Assembly: GCF_001194135.2 (NCBI RefSeq)
Contig: NC_068996.1
Location: forward strand, 51,819,719 to 51,883,718
Direction: 5' to 3'
DNA from: Octopus bimaculoides
Taxonomy: Eukaryota
Length of the DNA: 64,000 bases
In this document: piece after piece, positions 12,519 through 26,169 of the stretch
How the letters are laid out: each line of letters opens with the position of its first letter
How positions within the stretch are numbered: the first letter of the stretch is position 1
Notes under the pieces: model-generated
Told to the model about the DNA's origin: nothing
Database searches by the model: none
The model's input: only the letters and a program-made list of their open reading frames with translations
Position numbers and translations under genes: made by a program

Positions 12519-15500
12519 TGTTGGTTTTTCTTCAATATTAGTACGTTAAACTTGCAAAACTTTTGTTGTTGTAGAGGTTTTTGATATAAGAGGAAAAATT
12601 TTAACAATACAAAGAAAATGGAGAATGCATACATAGGATAATCTATTTGTTTATTATCATATTCAATTCATATTTGGTTTATTGCTCCCTTCCATATCTA
12701 CATATTTAAAATGCATTATGAAGTTGAAAAAAGGAAAAACCTCCTCAGGGCAATCTGACTTATATTTCTCACACCCTAAAGGATGGAGAGTTTATTTCAA
12801 TTGAATTGTAGCATGTGCACCTTGATTCTGCTCTAAAAATAGCCAGAGGTTGATTTTGACTTTACTGGACAAGAGACAGACATATTTCAAAAGAACTAGG
12901 TCATGTTGCTATTCACCCTTTTGGTAGTGCCGATCAGCTGTTAACAAGCTAGCCACTACTTTCCAACCTATTCAGTATGTCCATAACACATTTCTCACTG
13001 GGGTTTTGCTACGATTGTCCTTATGTTAAATATAAACATATAAATTGTAGAAAAGAATGAAGATATACAAGAGAAAGTGTGTGGGAAAGAATATAGATAG
13101 AGTGAGACCTGCTGTTGATGAAGGATTAGATATAGATATAGATATGAGGCCTGTTAAGGAGGGATTAGATGGCATTAAGTTTAAAGGGTGAGATGGGTAC
13201 TACACTTGCTAACATGGGGAAGGGTTGGAATGTGTATGGCACATACAAACACTTTCACACACATATACTCACACAGACATGTAGGTGCCCACATTCACCC
13301 TGGCTCACGTTGGCTGTAAGCTCTTATAGTCCTATGATTTATGGAGGAAAGTGCAACATATACATAATATATATACTTACGTATACACATTCACATATTT
13401 ACATATGAATACTTAAATATATATGTACATACATATATTTACATATTATACATTATTACATATATGTATGTGTGTGTGTGTGTGTGTGCTAAGAAAACAA
13501 ACTGTCACACACATATATATATATTTATAAACCAAAAAACTCATGTTGCTCAGAATAAATAAGTGGTGATTCAGCTGTTGCATGATTTTGTATTTACGTC
13601 TATAGAGCCTATTTGAAATTGAAAAAGAGTCTGAACTATACCAGTGAATATTCAACAGCCTGGAACAAAACAACCTGATGTGTCACCTCAGTGACTCATT
13701 CTGAAAAAAAGATACTCGATTATTTTCATCAGGATCTTAAATGTTCCACATTGATGCAATGGTACAAGTTTGGTACAACTGGTGATCCAATATTGTTTGG
13801 CAAATTTTTGGATAACAAAAAAACATCTTTTATACACCTCCCCCCCACCACCACCACCACCACAAGAGAATTTCTTCAGATTTCTAAGTTTTAAACATCA
13901 CAGATTATAATTCTGCAAATATAATATTCTTTAAAATTACTGTCATTTTTTTTTTTACCAACATAGTTTCAAAGTATGACTAGTAATAAGTGTTTTCATT
14001 TCCAAGGCTTTTTCTATAATTATATGCTTTCAGCATTAGAGATTGTCATTCTATACAGAAAATAGGTGTGATATTCTGGGATACACTATGGGTTTTTATA
14101 GATAGGGAGTTATCTCTGTTGCCAGACATTATTAACAGAACATGACAGGAATTGGGGGAAGATATAAATGGTGGTCTCCTGGAATGAGGGAGGAGTCTCT
14201 GTCATGAGATTCCTCCATGGTACAGCAGAACTCGAACATTGATACACGACATTCATTGAGGTATCCTTTCCTCTATGAATGATATTACCTGGTTTTCCAT
14301 CTAGATGGTCATTACTCACTGATATGAATCTACCAGTTTAGAAGACATTCCAGTTACAGTCAGGAGTTGGATTAGAATTTAGTATTTAGTGTTAGGGTGT
14401 AAGTTACTGGGATAAGTTTAGGCCTGGGGGCTTAGGGTAAGTGTTTAAGATTTGGGTTTGTTGTTAGAATTTCAGTTTGGGAGCTGTCAGGGTCAAGGTT
14501 ACATTTAGACAGAAATTGTGTGATTGAAAATGTTTGAATTTAAGTGTACCATTTTGCAGAATTGAAATAACATTAATCTAAAACATTCTTCCTTCTTATC
14601 CCTTGGCCATGTGGTCGTTGAGGCATTCATTGATGACATTGTAACCAAATTTCACTATTTCTCTTGGTCTTCTGCTGCCCTCTGTGAGTCAGTAACCCAA
14701 GCAATAACCTATCCTGTATGGGTTCTGGTCTAGCTGTTGTCATCATGAATGTATCATGGGAAAGTTAGGTTGGCAGCACCAATTCCTCTTCAAACTGTTT
14801 GCTACAATTGTGTGCCTCTATTTGAGACACATCTTGGCCCTGCACACCTGACTGTTGAACAGGTTCTTCTGCCCTCGTTGGTAATTCCTTGGAAATTATG
14901 ATCATTAGCTTTATCATCATTTAATGCCCATGTTCCATACTGATAGTAACTGAAATCTAAGGAATGTGCTATGCTCCAGTCTGCTTTGGTATGGTTTCTA
15001 TGGCTGGAGGCTCTTCCAAGCATCAGCCACTTTACAAAGTGTAGTGAGTACATTTTTCATGACACCAGCATTAGTGAGGTCACCATGCTACTTGCAAGAC
15101 TACAAATCCTGAGAAAGGTGGATTTAAGCTAAAAGATGAGGAATTAAAATATGGGAGATGGGGGCTAGAGCAGAACAGGTTTCTTGCTGTAGAGGGGCTA
15201 CGTAGTTACTCACATTTTTGAAGGGAAGGGTTGAATTAGGATTTAATTGGGAGAGTGTGAGCAAGAGATTAAAGATCGTAATGATGAGATGTCTGCAGTG
15301 GCGGCTCACTGATAAGATTAGGAGGGGTGCTGCTTCAGAAAATTTTTAGCCATTGTTTTAATATTGTGTAAAAGGAAACAAACATATAAAAAGAAAATTT
15401 ATACATAAACTTGATCAGTTCGTGTTTTAGCTACTGCCAGGTAGTGTGTTTAATTTGTTCACTGAACACTGCCGTGAATTCCCCCTTGTTTTTCAAAAAT

Positions 15501-16299
15501 CCCTCCTAAATCACAAAATAGTGGGGTGGGGATGTGCCCTATTATTCAAATCCTGGCAACAACATTGAAGCAGGATAATAATCTAATTCTACACTTTATC
15601 ACATTCAAGAATATAAACACGTTTTTTAAGCACAACACACACACAGTCAAAAAGAAACACTACCTTTAACCCAGCACTGTCGTTCATGCAGTGCTCTCTC
15701 TCCCTAATATGAAGCTTCCTATCTTGGACATGTGAGCATATGCACAATAGCCAAACACTGCGTCGCTGGAACTGTGAAGCGCACAGTTCTATACAAGGAT
15801 TTTTTTTTTTTTCATAAACTAGGAAATGGCTATTGATATTAAGCTTAAGGATTATATAATGTACAAGTATAAAGAAAGAATTAAAGAAAAAAGGAACTCA
15901 TTATATTGAATGTTATCGATAATATTAAGTGGAAATGGTGGGGTGCTGCAGTTCCGCAGTTCCTATATATGAACTGGCACTGGGTGTCTGTATAAGCCCT
16001 CTAGTTACAAAGTGAGTAGAAGTGAGTGTTGGCGGGGTAGGGGTGTGATAATTGCAAGAATATAAAGGAGAATGAGAATAAGAAATGGGGAATGGATGTG
16101 GCGAATGTAACGAATGAAGAACAGTTATTGAGAGATTGATATGTTGTTGAAGTAGAGAAGAGTAGGTGACAACTGTAGAGACTGTACAGAGTTGACTGGT
16201 GGTGAAGGTAGTTAATGGTGGATAAGCAGCTGGGAGTTGACCAATGATGTTGGGGCAAAGAAATACAGAATAGAAATGATAATATAGTAGAAACAGAGT

Positions 16300-16450
16300 A
16301 GAGAGAGAAAAGATATGAGAGAGAGAGAAAAGATATGAGAAAGAGAGAAAAGATATGAGAGAGAGAGAAAAGATATGAGAAAGAGNNNNNNNNNNAGAAA
16401 AGATATGAGAAAGAGAGAAAAGATATGAGAGAGAGAGAGAGAGAGAGAGA
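16300..16450. repeat. ~20-bp purine repeat (AGAAAAGATATGAGA..)
   Basis: Direct reading. Confidence 0.9.
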
Positions 16451-16747
16451 TAGGTTACATGAGTGCATTGTGGTGGTAGGGGAGGGGCAGGCATAGTGTA
16501 AGAGTACGAGACATACAGTGGTGGCACATATTATATAATACTGCTCTATAATTCTTTATGAAATTTTGCAAAATACCCTGATGGAAAAGATACACCAAGT
16601 ACATTTGTGAATGTAGCCTATACCTAATGGCTCAATGGTAAAGTCATTAAGAGATTTCGCTTTGAAAATAGGATTATATGCCCTTATGCTAATACATAAT
16701 GTTACATAAGTACATATATCACTATGTGTGACAAAGACATACATTTA

Positions 16748-16935
16748 ATAAGTATGCTCTGAATGTATATATATATGTGTGTGTGTGTATGTGTGTGTTA
16801 TGCTCTGAATGTATATATATGTGTGTGTGTGTGTGTGTATGTGTTATGCTCTGAATGCATATATATGTGTGTGTGTTATGCTCTGAATGTATATATATAT
16901 GTGTGTGTGTGTGTGTGTTATGCTCTGAATCCATA
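16748..16935. repeat. Minisatellite TATGCTCTGAAT plus (TA)/(TG) tract, x5
   Basis: Five copies of tatgctctgaat separated by microsatellite. Confidence 0.9.
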
Positions 16936-17522
16936 TATATGTATGTGTGTGTGCATGTGTATGTGTATGTATGTGTGTACATGTGTATGTGTGTGTGTGT
17001 GTGTATACTCTTTGCTCTTTTACTTGTTTCAGTCCTTTGACTNNNNNNNNNNNNNNNNNNNNNNNNNNNNNNNNNNNNNNNNNNNNNNNNNNNNNNNNNN
17101 NNNNNNNNNNNNNNNNNNNNNNNNNNNNNNNNNNNNNNNNNNNNNNNNNNNNNNNNNNNNNNNNNNNNNNNNNNNNNNNNNNNNNNNNNNNNNNNNNNNN
17201 NNNNNNNNNNNNNNNNNNNNNNNNNNNNNNNNNNNNNNNNNNNNNNNNNNNNNNNNNNNNNNNNNNNNNNNNNNNNNNNNNNNNNNNNNNNNNNNNNNNN
17301 NNNNNNNNNNNNNNNNNNNNNNNNNNNNNNNNNNNNNNNNNNNNNNNNNNNNNNNNNNNNNNNNNNNNNNNNNNNNNNNNNNNNNNNNNNNNNNNNNNNN
17401 NNNNNNNNNNNNNNNNNNNNNNNNNNNNNNNNNNNNNNNNNNNNNNNNNNNNNNNNNNNNNNNNNNNNNNNNNNNNNNNNNNNNNNNNNNNNNNNNNNNN
17501 NNNNNNNNNNNNNNNNNNNNNN

Positions 17523-17555
<33 letters not shown>

Positions 17556-17782
17556 TGATATATATGTATGTACATATGATTTATATATATTAATATTAAA
17601 TATATATATGTATATTCATATGTATGTATCTTTCTCTGTCTGTCTGTCTGTCTGCTTGTTTCTCTCTCTCTCTATATATATATGCTCTGAGCTGAAACTT
17701 TGAAAAGAAAAGAATGTATGTATATTTATATGTGTGTGTGTGTGTATATATATATATGTGTGTGTGTGTGTATGTGTGTGTG

Positions 17783-17821
<39 letters not shown>

Positions 17822-18164
17822 CTATATGGCTGGCTTTATGAACAAAAAGAAAAAATAAGCAATTCAGAAGTGAGTGTATAGAGGTCATGCTGTATAGAGG
17901 TCATGCTCTGTTGCTACTCAGAGATTCGTAGCATATACTGCTGATCACATTACATAGACCAGTGACATACAAAAAACAAAACTCTCAGCAGTAGCAGAGA
18001 GGGATCTCATCTTTGCAATTACTAACTAATTAACAAACAAACTAACTATTTAACTAACTAACTAACTAAATAAGTAAATAGATTTAATATATATTTATAT
18101 TGTTGTATATTTGAATATGTATATATATGCATGTGAGTGCGTACATATTTGAGTGTGCAAGCTT

Positions 18165-18202
<38 letters not shown>

Positions 18203-19011
18203 ACATGTGTCCATGTGAGCACATGTGTTCATGTGAGCACATGTGTCCATGTGTGAGAAAGAGAGAAAGATAAGTGAGATATGTATATCTCAAAATGAAT
18301 ACCTTAATTCATTTAACTGGGTCACTGATTCAAAAAGGCAGCTTCAGAACTAATTAAAAGTTAATTAGGAATTAGGCCATCTTGTTATCATCATCTTTAT
18401 TAGCTACTTTTGAAAGCTGACCATGTGTCAGACAAGACATTTTGAGACAATATATTTATAGCTGGATGCCTGTTCTGAATCCAGCACTGCTATTCCAGAA
18501 TCCAAGACATACATACATACATACATGTATATATATATATATATACATGTATGTATATATATATATATATATANNNNNNNNNNNNNNNNNNNNNNNNNNN
18601 NNNNNNNNNNNNNNNNNNNNNNNNNNNNNNNNNNNNNNNNNNNNNNNNNNNNNNNNNNNNNNNNNNNNNNNNNNNNNNNNNNNNNNNNNNNNNNNNNNNN
18701 NNNNNNNNNNNNNNNNNNNNNNNNNNNNNNNNNNNNNNNNNNNNNNNNNNNNNNNNNNNNNNNNNNNNNNNNNNNNNNNNNNNNNNNNNNNNNNNNNNNN
18801 NNNNNNNNNNNNNNNNNNNNNNNNNNNNNNNNNNNNNNNNNNNNNNNNNNNNNNNNNNNNNNNNNNNNNNNNNNNNNNNNNNNNNNNNNNNNNNNNNNNN
18901 NNNNNNNNNNNNNNNNNNNNNNNNNNNNNNNNNNNNNNNNNNNNNNNNNNNNNNNNNNNNNNNNNNNNNNNNNNNNNNNNNNNNNNNNNNNNNNNNNNNN
19001 NNNNNNNNNNN

Positions 19012-19950
19012 TCAGTCACCTTTCTCAACATTACGATCAGCATTCATCACTCCACTCTTACCACCTCCATCCACTACAAACACATAAACTCACACTCATA
19101 CCTCAACTTCTCCTCCTCCCACTCTAAACAACCCAAGCTTTCCATCTCCTATTCCCAATTCCTCCGTCTATGCAGGCTCTGCAGTGACGACCCTGACTTT
19201 GAGACTCAGTCTCAACTCATGGCTCGCCACTTCATCCTACATGGATATCCCCTCACCACTATCCACACCACCCTTGCCAGAGCACGTTCCATAGACCGTG
19301 CATCTGCTCTCTCCCCTGAACCCGCACCGCCGTCTTCTATCTCCCGTTTCCCCTCACCTACCACCCCACCAACCTACCTCTTCAACTCACCATTCTCCGA
19401 GCCTTCCGGCAACTCCAGTCCGACCCTTCCACTTTGCACATCTTCCCTAACCGACTCCTCCCCTCCTTCAAACGAGCCCACAACCTACGAGACGTCTTGG
19501 TTAACAGCTTCTTCCCTAACCCAGCCTCTCAACCTGGCTTGTTCCCCTGCTTTCGCTCATGCTGTCGCACTTGCCCTTACCTCTCCAACACCACCCTCCT
19601 TACCGGCATCCATCATCGACCCTATCATATCACCGACTCCTTCACCTGCACTTCTACCAATGTCATCTACTGCATCTTCTGCTCTCTCTGCCCTTCTCTA
19701 TACATCAGGCAAACAGGATGCCACTTGGCTGACTAGTTCATGGAACACCTCTGAGACATCTGACTCGGCAATGACTCCCCGGTCTCACGCCATTTACGCT
19801 CTACCGGTCACTCTTTGCAACGCCTGTCTGTGTTCAGATTCTCCTTGCACAGAGACCATCTCGACTCCCATCTTCGCCGTGAACAGGAATTAATCTTCTC
19901 TCTTCACTCCTTTGCACCACATGGGCTCAACTCTCCTCTTGTCTTTATCT
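19012..19950 (+). mobile_element. Penelope-like element: RT C-terminus plus GIY-YIG endonuclease, frameshifted
   Basis: TFLNITI...TSIHYKHINSHSYLNFSSSH...SISYSQFLRLCRLCSDD...HGYP, then FKRAHNLRDVLV...CCRTCPY...FTCTSTNVIYCIFCSLCPSLYIRQT...EQELIFSLHSFAPHGLN; CT-rich tail follows. Confidence 0.9.
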
Positions 19951-20199
19951 AACCCTCCTCCCCTCTCCTCTCTTCCTCTCACACCTACCTCCTCACGCCT
20001 ACCTCCTCCCACCCACCTCTCCTCTCTTGCTCCAACTCCTACTTCTTCTCCTTATTCCTAACTACCTTCTCCTTTCCAGACTGACTTAGTGCCTGAACAT
20101 AAGTACCTAATTCAACTGAATCTTAATTATTTCTTGTGTCTGTGTGTGTGCATATGTATGCATATGTGTGTATATATATATATATACATATATATATAC

Positions 20200-20800
20200 C
20201 TTAACTTTGAGGGATAGACTTATGGTGCACAGGCAACAAATCCTGAACCCCACTACTAGTAAAATTCCCATAAGCAAGCACCTAGACCATGCCCCATAGA
20301 CATAAGCCCTAAATACCAAATCTTCCCTCTCTATTGATGCACTGGAAACACTTCAACCCAATTCCGTTTAAATAAAGAAAACATACTGATTAAAAGATAT
20401 AAACCACAGCTGAATATCCTTTAGAAAGAAGAAAAAGCAGTAAAAAAGAAAAGAAAAATGTCTCAATTTCTCCACGAAAAAACAACCAGGAACAACAAAA
20501 ATTTTAAAAAAAACTTATTAACAATCTTCCACTCAGGTTTCGAAACTGCAGCTCCAAATCACCATACAAACACCAGTTACCGACATCACCTACCTCTAGT
20601 CCAATGAAATTTTACAAACACCAGTTGCTGACATCACCTAACTCCAGACCAATCAAAACAGAACTTCAACAAATACACCGAAATGACCCTTTAAGAGAAC
20701 CAACCAACTGGAACAACTTATGACCATCTCTACAAGGAAGCCAACCAAGCAGAACGACAAGCTTGACCACTGCAAAAATGTCACCAGTATTTTAACAAAT
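20200..20800 (+). mobile_element. Penelope-like element 3' fragment (GIY-YIG C-terminus plus UTR)
   Basis: LRDRLMVHRQQILNPTTSKIPISKHLDH...FRLNKENILIKRYKPQLN; resembles the element at 42690-44480. Confidence 0.75.
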
Positions 20801-21079
20801 TAAAAATCAGATCTGCTTCAGGAAAAAATTATAAATAGATCTGATCACAGTACTGGCACAGGTGGTTTTTATGTGGCACCAGCACCTGAATGGACAAGCC
20901 TGTATGTGCAGAAGGTAGCGATTTTACTTAGCTTGACATATCAAGTACAGCAAATCGCCACTACTCCCATTCCCTTGTCATTTCCTCAATGAGGCCCAGC
21001 ATCCAAAGATCCTCTCTCCCCACTTTGTCCCATGTCTTTCTGGCTCTACTCCTTCCACAGGTACCCTTCATACTTAGAG

Positions 21080-21148
<69 letters not shown>

Positions 21149-22328
21149 ATATATGTATGTATATATCTATTTATATATATAATCAGTCAGTAGCTCATAA
21201 GTCTGAATGAAACACATTTTAAAACCTTACAACAGGAATACTCAAATGGTTGTTGATTATGGCCGGATATGGAGTGACTATTGGTTTTGTGCCTATACCA
21301 CAGAGAACATTATAACCATCAATCTTTTATGTATATGAGTGTATATATATATATTGTCTGAAATGAACAGTGTTATATGTCCATCATGGCTGATTTTACC
21401 AATCAGTTTCGTACTAGGAATACGATGGAGTGTTAGGCAACAATCCGATTATATAACCGATTCATCCACCAATATGGAAGGAAATATGGTGATATCTATA
21501 TATATATACATACATACATACAAAAGTTAAGGAATGGAGTAGGTAAGATCTGGGCTACATATGTTTCATAGCAAGCGGAACCTCGGAAGTGGTTAATATA
21601 ATGAAGTTTTCAAGAATAATCAAATCCATTTAAATATGTGTAATGCTGCTTCATCAGATAGACATATCTTCTTAAATATTTGACGGAAAATATCAATTGG
21701 AAAATATCATTACTAGTTTAATGTCCACATTTCTATGCTTGCATGGATCAGATGAAGTTTATTGAGATAGATATTTTATGGCCAGATGCTTTTCCTGTTG
21801 CCAATCCTCACCTGTTTCCAGGGAAGGTAATATTTCCCCATGGAAAGACATGTTTTCACAGAAGATGGGAAATTAATGATGACATCACTTGCATGATGGT
21901 GACACTCATTCACAACTATCACATGATGTCAAGGCAAGGAGAGAGAAAGCAACACACATACATGCACATGTATATAATATACATGCAACAAGCTTCTTTC
22001 AGTTTCCATCCACCAAATCTACTTTGAAGGCTTTGGTCAGCCTAGGAGGGCTACAGCAGAAGACCTTGCCCAAGGTGCTATGCAGTGAGACTGAACCTAG
22101 CACCATGTGGTTGGGAAGAACAATGAACCCTGTATACTCTGTAAAGTGGTTGGCAAATGCGGGGGGGGGGAGTAGATAATGTAGGAACAAGATGACCCTT
22201 GACATTTGTTTCATTGAAAACAAGGCTGTCTTTTTTATTAGTGCTTTGAAAAATGCTCCCAGTAAACACTGTAAAGCACATCGTTATCTCAATTTATAAA
22301 TAAACTAACATTTGATTCCACTCCTTAC

Positions 22329-22462
22329 ACTCTCAAGTAGTCCATAGACACCCATGCAAAGCCATACAGCAGCTATAATAAGTGTGATCTCTTCATAGGT
22401 GAGGTCCTGGCTATTTTGCAATCCACAGATTGTCTTAATGAATGCAGCAGTATAATATTCAC
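22329..22462 (-). CDS. Candidate internal exon of an unidentified host gene (134 nt, phase 1 to 0)
   Basis: tttgcag|...|gtaagg splice sites with an open frame: (G)EYYTAAFIKTICGLQNSQDLTYEEITLIIAAVWLCMGVYGLLES; non-repetitive sequence. Confidence 0.5.
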
Positions 22463-23257
22463 CTGCAAACACCGGTCACTAAATCTATTCTCAAAATACA
22501 TATACATAATGATAGGAAAGGCATCCAGATCAGAAGCCAACTTTTATCTTTTACTTGTATAAGTCATTGGATTGCAGCTAAACAAATCGACCTCAGTACT
22601 AATTTTTAAGCCAGGCACTTATTCTAAGTTATGGGGACATAAACAAACCAGCACCAGTTGTCAAGTGGTGGTGGGAGACATATTCGACATAAACACAAAC
22701 ACGCGTGTGCGTGCGCGCACACACACACACACAAAGACACACCTCATACACACATATATACAATGAGCCTTCTTTACTTTCTGTCTACCAAATCCACCCA
22801 CAAGGCCTTAATTGGCCTGAAGCTATTATAGAAGAGACTTGCCCAAGATGTCATGCAGTGGAACTGAACCCAAATACACATGGTTGGAAAGCAAGTTTCT
22901 AAAGCACACAGCCATGCTTGTACCATGAGATGTGGTACCCTGACTTGCCTAAAAGGACAATAACTTTGAATTAAAGGCTAACTCATTCTACCATGGAAGC
23001 TGCACAACCCATGCAAACATGGAGAGCCATAAATGATAATGGTAATGAATGATACATATACATACACATATATATGTTAGACATTGACCAGTCTAAGACT
23101 ATATAAAAGGAGATACCTGGCAACAATGCCAGAGCTGGAATGAACACCAAATCGTGTAGCTACAGAGCAAACTCCTTAACCATACAGTCATGTTGCAGCC
23201 ATGTTTGTCTGTCTAACTTTGACTCTCTCTCTCTCTCACACTATCTATCAATCTGTC

Positions 23258-23289
<32 letters not shown>

Positions 23290-23290
23290 T

Positions 23291-23329
<39 letters not shown>

Positions 23330-23451
23330 CACACACAAACATTCACGCACATACACGTACTTATATGCATACACATGCATATACATCGATACATATATAA
23401 GTGTGCATATATATTATTTGGGGGCACATAAGAAAACATACATCTACTCAA

Positions 23452-23510
<59 letters not shown>

Positions 23511-23527
23511 TAGAGAGAGATAGAGAT

Positions 23528-23558
<31 letters not shown>

Positions 23559-24058
23559 GACAGGGATGGAGAGTGGAAGGATGAAAGGAGTTACTGTGTA
23601 TACCACTATGGACAAACACTAAGAGTTCCACCTTTCCCAGCTTTTATCTGTTGCCATCACTGATAATTCTTGCACATTTTAGTCCTTTTGAATATATCTG
23701 TGTGTATGTATATATATATATATATATATATAGGTAAATTGAAATTTAGAGGTAATACTTGACAATTGTAAGCACCTGTGTATTCCAGCTAGTGGTTGCG
23801 GTGAAAGAATAAATTGTATATATNNNNNNNNNNNNNNNNNNNNNNNNNNNNNNNNNNNNNNNNNNNNNNNNNNNNNNNNNNNNNNNNNNNNNNNNNNNNN
23901 NNNNNNNNNNNNNNNNNNNNNNNNNNNNNNNNNNNNNNNNNNNNNNNNNNNNNNNNNNNNNNNNNNNNNNNNNNNNNNNNNNNNNNNNNNNNNNNNNNNN
24001 NNNNNNNNNNNNNNNNNNNNNNNNNNNNNNNNNNNNNNNNNNNNNNNNNNNATATGTA

Positions 24059-24106
<48 letters not shown>

Positions 24107-24111
24107 TATAT

Positions 24112-24380
24112 TGCCAGTACCACCTGACTGGCCTTCGTGCCGGTGGCACGTAAAAGCATCCACTACACTCTCTGAGTGGTTGGCATTAGGAAGGGCATCC
24201 AGCTGTAGAAATTCTGCCAAATCAGATTGGAGTCTGGTGTAACCATCTGATGTAACCATCTGGTGTAACCATCTGGTGTAACCATCTGGTGTAACCATCT
24301 GGTTCGCCAGTCCCTAGTCAAATCGTCCAACCCATGCTAGCATGGAAAGCGGACGTGAAACGATGATGATGATGATGATG
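24112..24380 (+). mobile_element. SINE family B (RTE-type (GAT)n tail) with internal 13-bp x5 expansion
   Basis: ggtggcacgtaaaagc...gggcatccagctgtagaa...ccaacccatgctagcatggaaagcggacg(atg)n. Confidence 0.9.
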
Positions 24381-24723
24381 GTATATATACAGAATATAAA
24401 GGAAATCAGGAGGTATGAGATGAATATATTTATTTCACCTCATCTGGTTCCTCTTTTCTTTCTTTATATTCTAATATTCTATATAATCCTCATGGAATAA
24501 TCATTACTGATTGGATTTACTGGATTTCAACTGCATAGGACTGCACATTACATTCTTATGTATTGGCTTAGTATGTGGTATGTAGCCTGATCCTATAAAG
24601 GAGCTTTTTTTGTGATTACCAATGGATTATATAACTTCATATATTGTACATTAAATAAATATATATATATATATATTGTTAAAAAACAAACTTATAAGCA
24701 CCACATATGTCAATAATCCATGG

Positions 24724-24917
24724 AAAATAAAGGAATTTGAAAATGCAGGAAGGTTGTGTGGACAGTTTAAAGAATCAGGTAAATACCCTTTAGAAGACAA
24801 AAAGAGGTCACCACTGGGAATCGAAACCTGTTCCTCTAAATTTCTGACTAAGCTAGAAGGGTATTTATACGATTTTCTAAGCTGTCTTCACAGCCTTCCT
24901 GTGTTCACAAATTCCTT

Positions 24918-24923
<6 letters not shown>
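24724..24923. mobile_element. Fold-back/MITE-like element with ~70-bp imperfect arms
   Basis: aaaataaaggaatttg...taaataccctt pairs with aagggtattta...caaattcctttatttt. Confidence 0.75.
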
Positions 24924-24963
<40 letters not shown>

Positions 24964-25233
24964 NNNNNNNNNNNNNNNNNNNNNNNNNNNNNNNNNNNNN
25001 NNNNNNNNNNNNNNNNNNNNNNNNNNNNNNNNNNNNNNNNNNNNNNNNNNNNNNNNNNNNNNNNNNNNNNNNNNNNNNNNNNNNNNNNNNNNNNNNNNNN
25101 NNNNNNNNNNNNNNNNNNNNNNNNNNNNNNNNNNNNNNNNNNNNNNNNNNNNNNNNNNNNNNNNNNNNNNNNNATATATATATAACCCATACCAGCATGG
25201 AAAGCAGATGTTAAATGATGACAATGATGATGA

Positions 25234-25289
<56 letters not shown>

Positions 25290-25842
25290 TATATATATAC
25301 ATACATATACACACACAGACACAGCACAACTACTTGTACATAGCAATGTATTTTCCCACATATCTGCCATTATTGATTTTTTATGTTACCCAAATCTAGC
25401 CATTGATAAGTGTAACTGGTCCCACAGTCAGGTGTCAATAAAGATAGGATTGGGAAAATAGCTTTATTAAGCTGTAATACAGTGAATAATGAATTCATAT
25501 TGTATAGGACGAGTATTCACCGCTTTTTTTTTATTGTCTTTTTGTCATTTTTTTTCCACCTCTCACCAGATCACAATCACAGGAGGAGCTGAATTCAGAA
25601 TGTTATGTGAATAAACTGCTTGGCAATTTCAGTGTTTCTCCTGTTTATTGTAATAAAAATTCCAAGACTATGTAACTATGTTAGGTGTGTGGTAAAAAAT
25701 TTGCTTCTCAGCCACACAGTTACAGGTTTAGTCCCATTGTGTATTTCCTTGGGTAAGTGTCTTCTATTATAGCTACAGGCTAACCAAAGCCTTGTGATTG
25801 GATTTTGGTAGACAGAAACTGAAAGATGGTGAGAAACTGAAA

Positions 25843-26075
25843 GGCAGCGAGCTGGCAGAAATGTTAGCATGCCGGGCGAAATGCTTAGTGGGATTTTGTC
25901 TGCCGTTACGCTCTGAGTTCAAATTCCGCCGAGGTCGACTTTGCCTTTCATCCTTTCGGGGTCGATTAAATAAGTACCAGTTATGCACTGGGGTCGATAT
26001 AATCGACTTTATCCGTTTGTCTGTCCTTGTTTGTCCCCTCTGTGTGTAGCCCCTTGTGGGCAGTAAAGAAATAAG
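25843..26075 (+). mobile_element. tRNA-derived SINE (family C), near full length
   Basis: ggcagcgagctggcagaa...gagttcaaattccgccgaggtcgactttgcctttcatcctttcggggtcga. Confidence 0.9.
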
Positions 26076-26090
26076 AAACTGAATGAAAAC

Positions 26091-26169
<79 letters not shown>

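Noticed and set aside
13560-13900. Open frames on both strands and a possible terminal exon (NESLR*)
   Set aside because: Several mutually exclusive readings and no homology recognised.
14360-14510. Telomere-like TTAGGG-related tract
   Set aside because: Too degenerate; only isolated ttaggg units.
15660-15800. Two short hairpins followed by ACA, H/ACA snoRNA-like
   Set aside because: The second domain does not fold as one hairpin and the box spacing is unconvincing.
16748-16935. CRISPR-like repeat/spacer pattern
   Set aside because: Spacers are microsatellite, the repeat is only 12 bp, no cas genes, eukaryotic context.
25843-25930. tRNA genes at SINE heads (also 33692, 37625, 60136)
   Set aside because: A/B boxes are present but there is no cloverleaf, and each continues into a SINE body.
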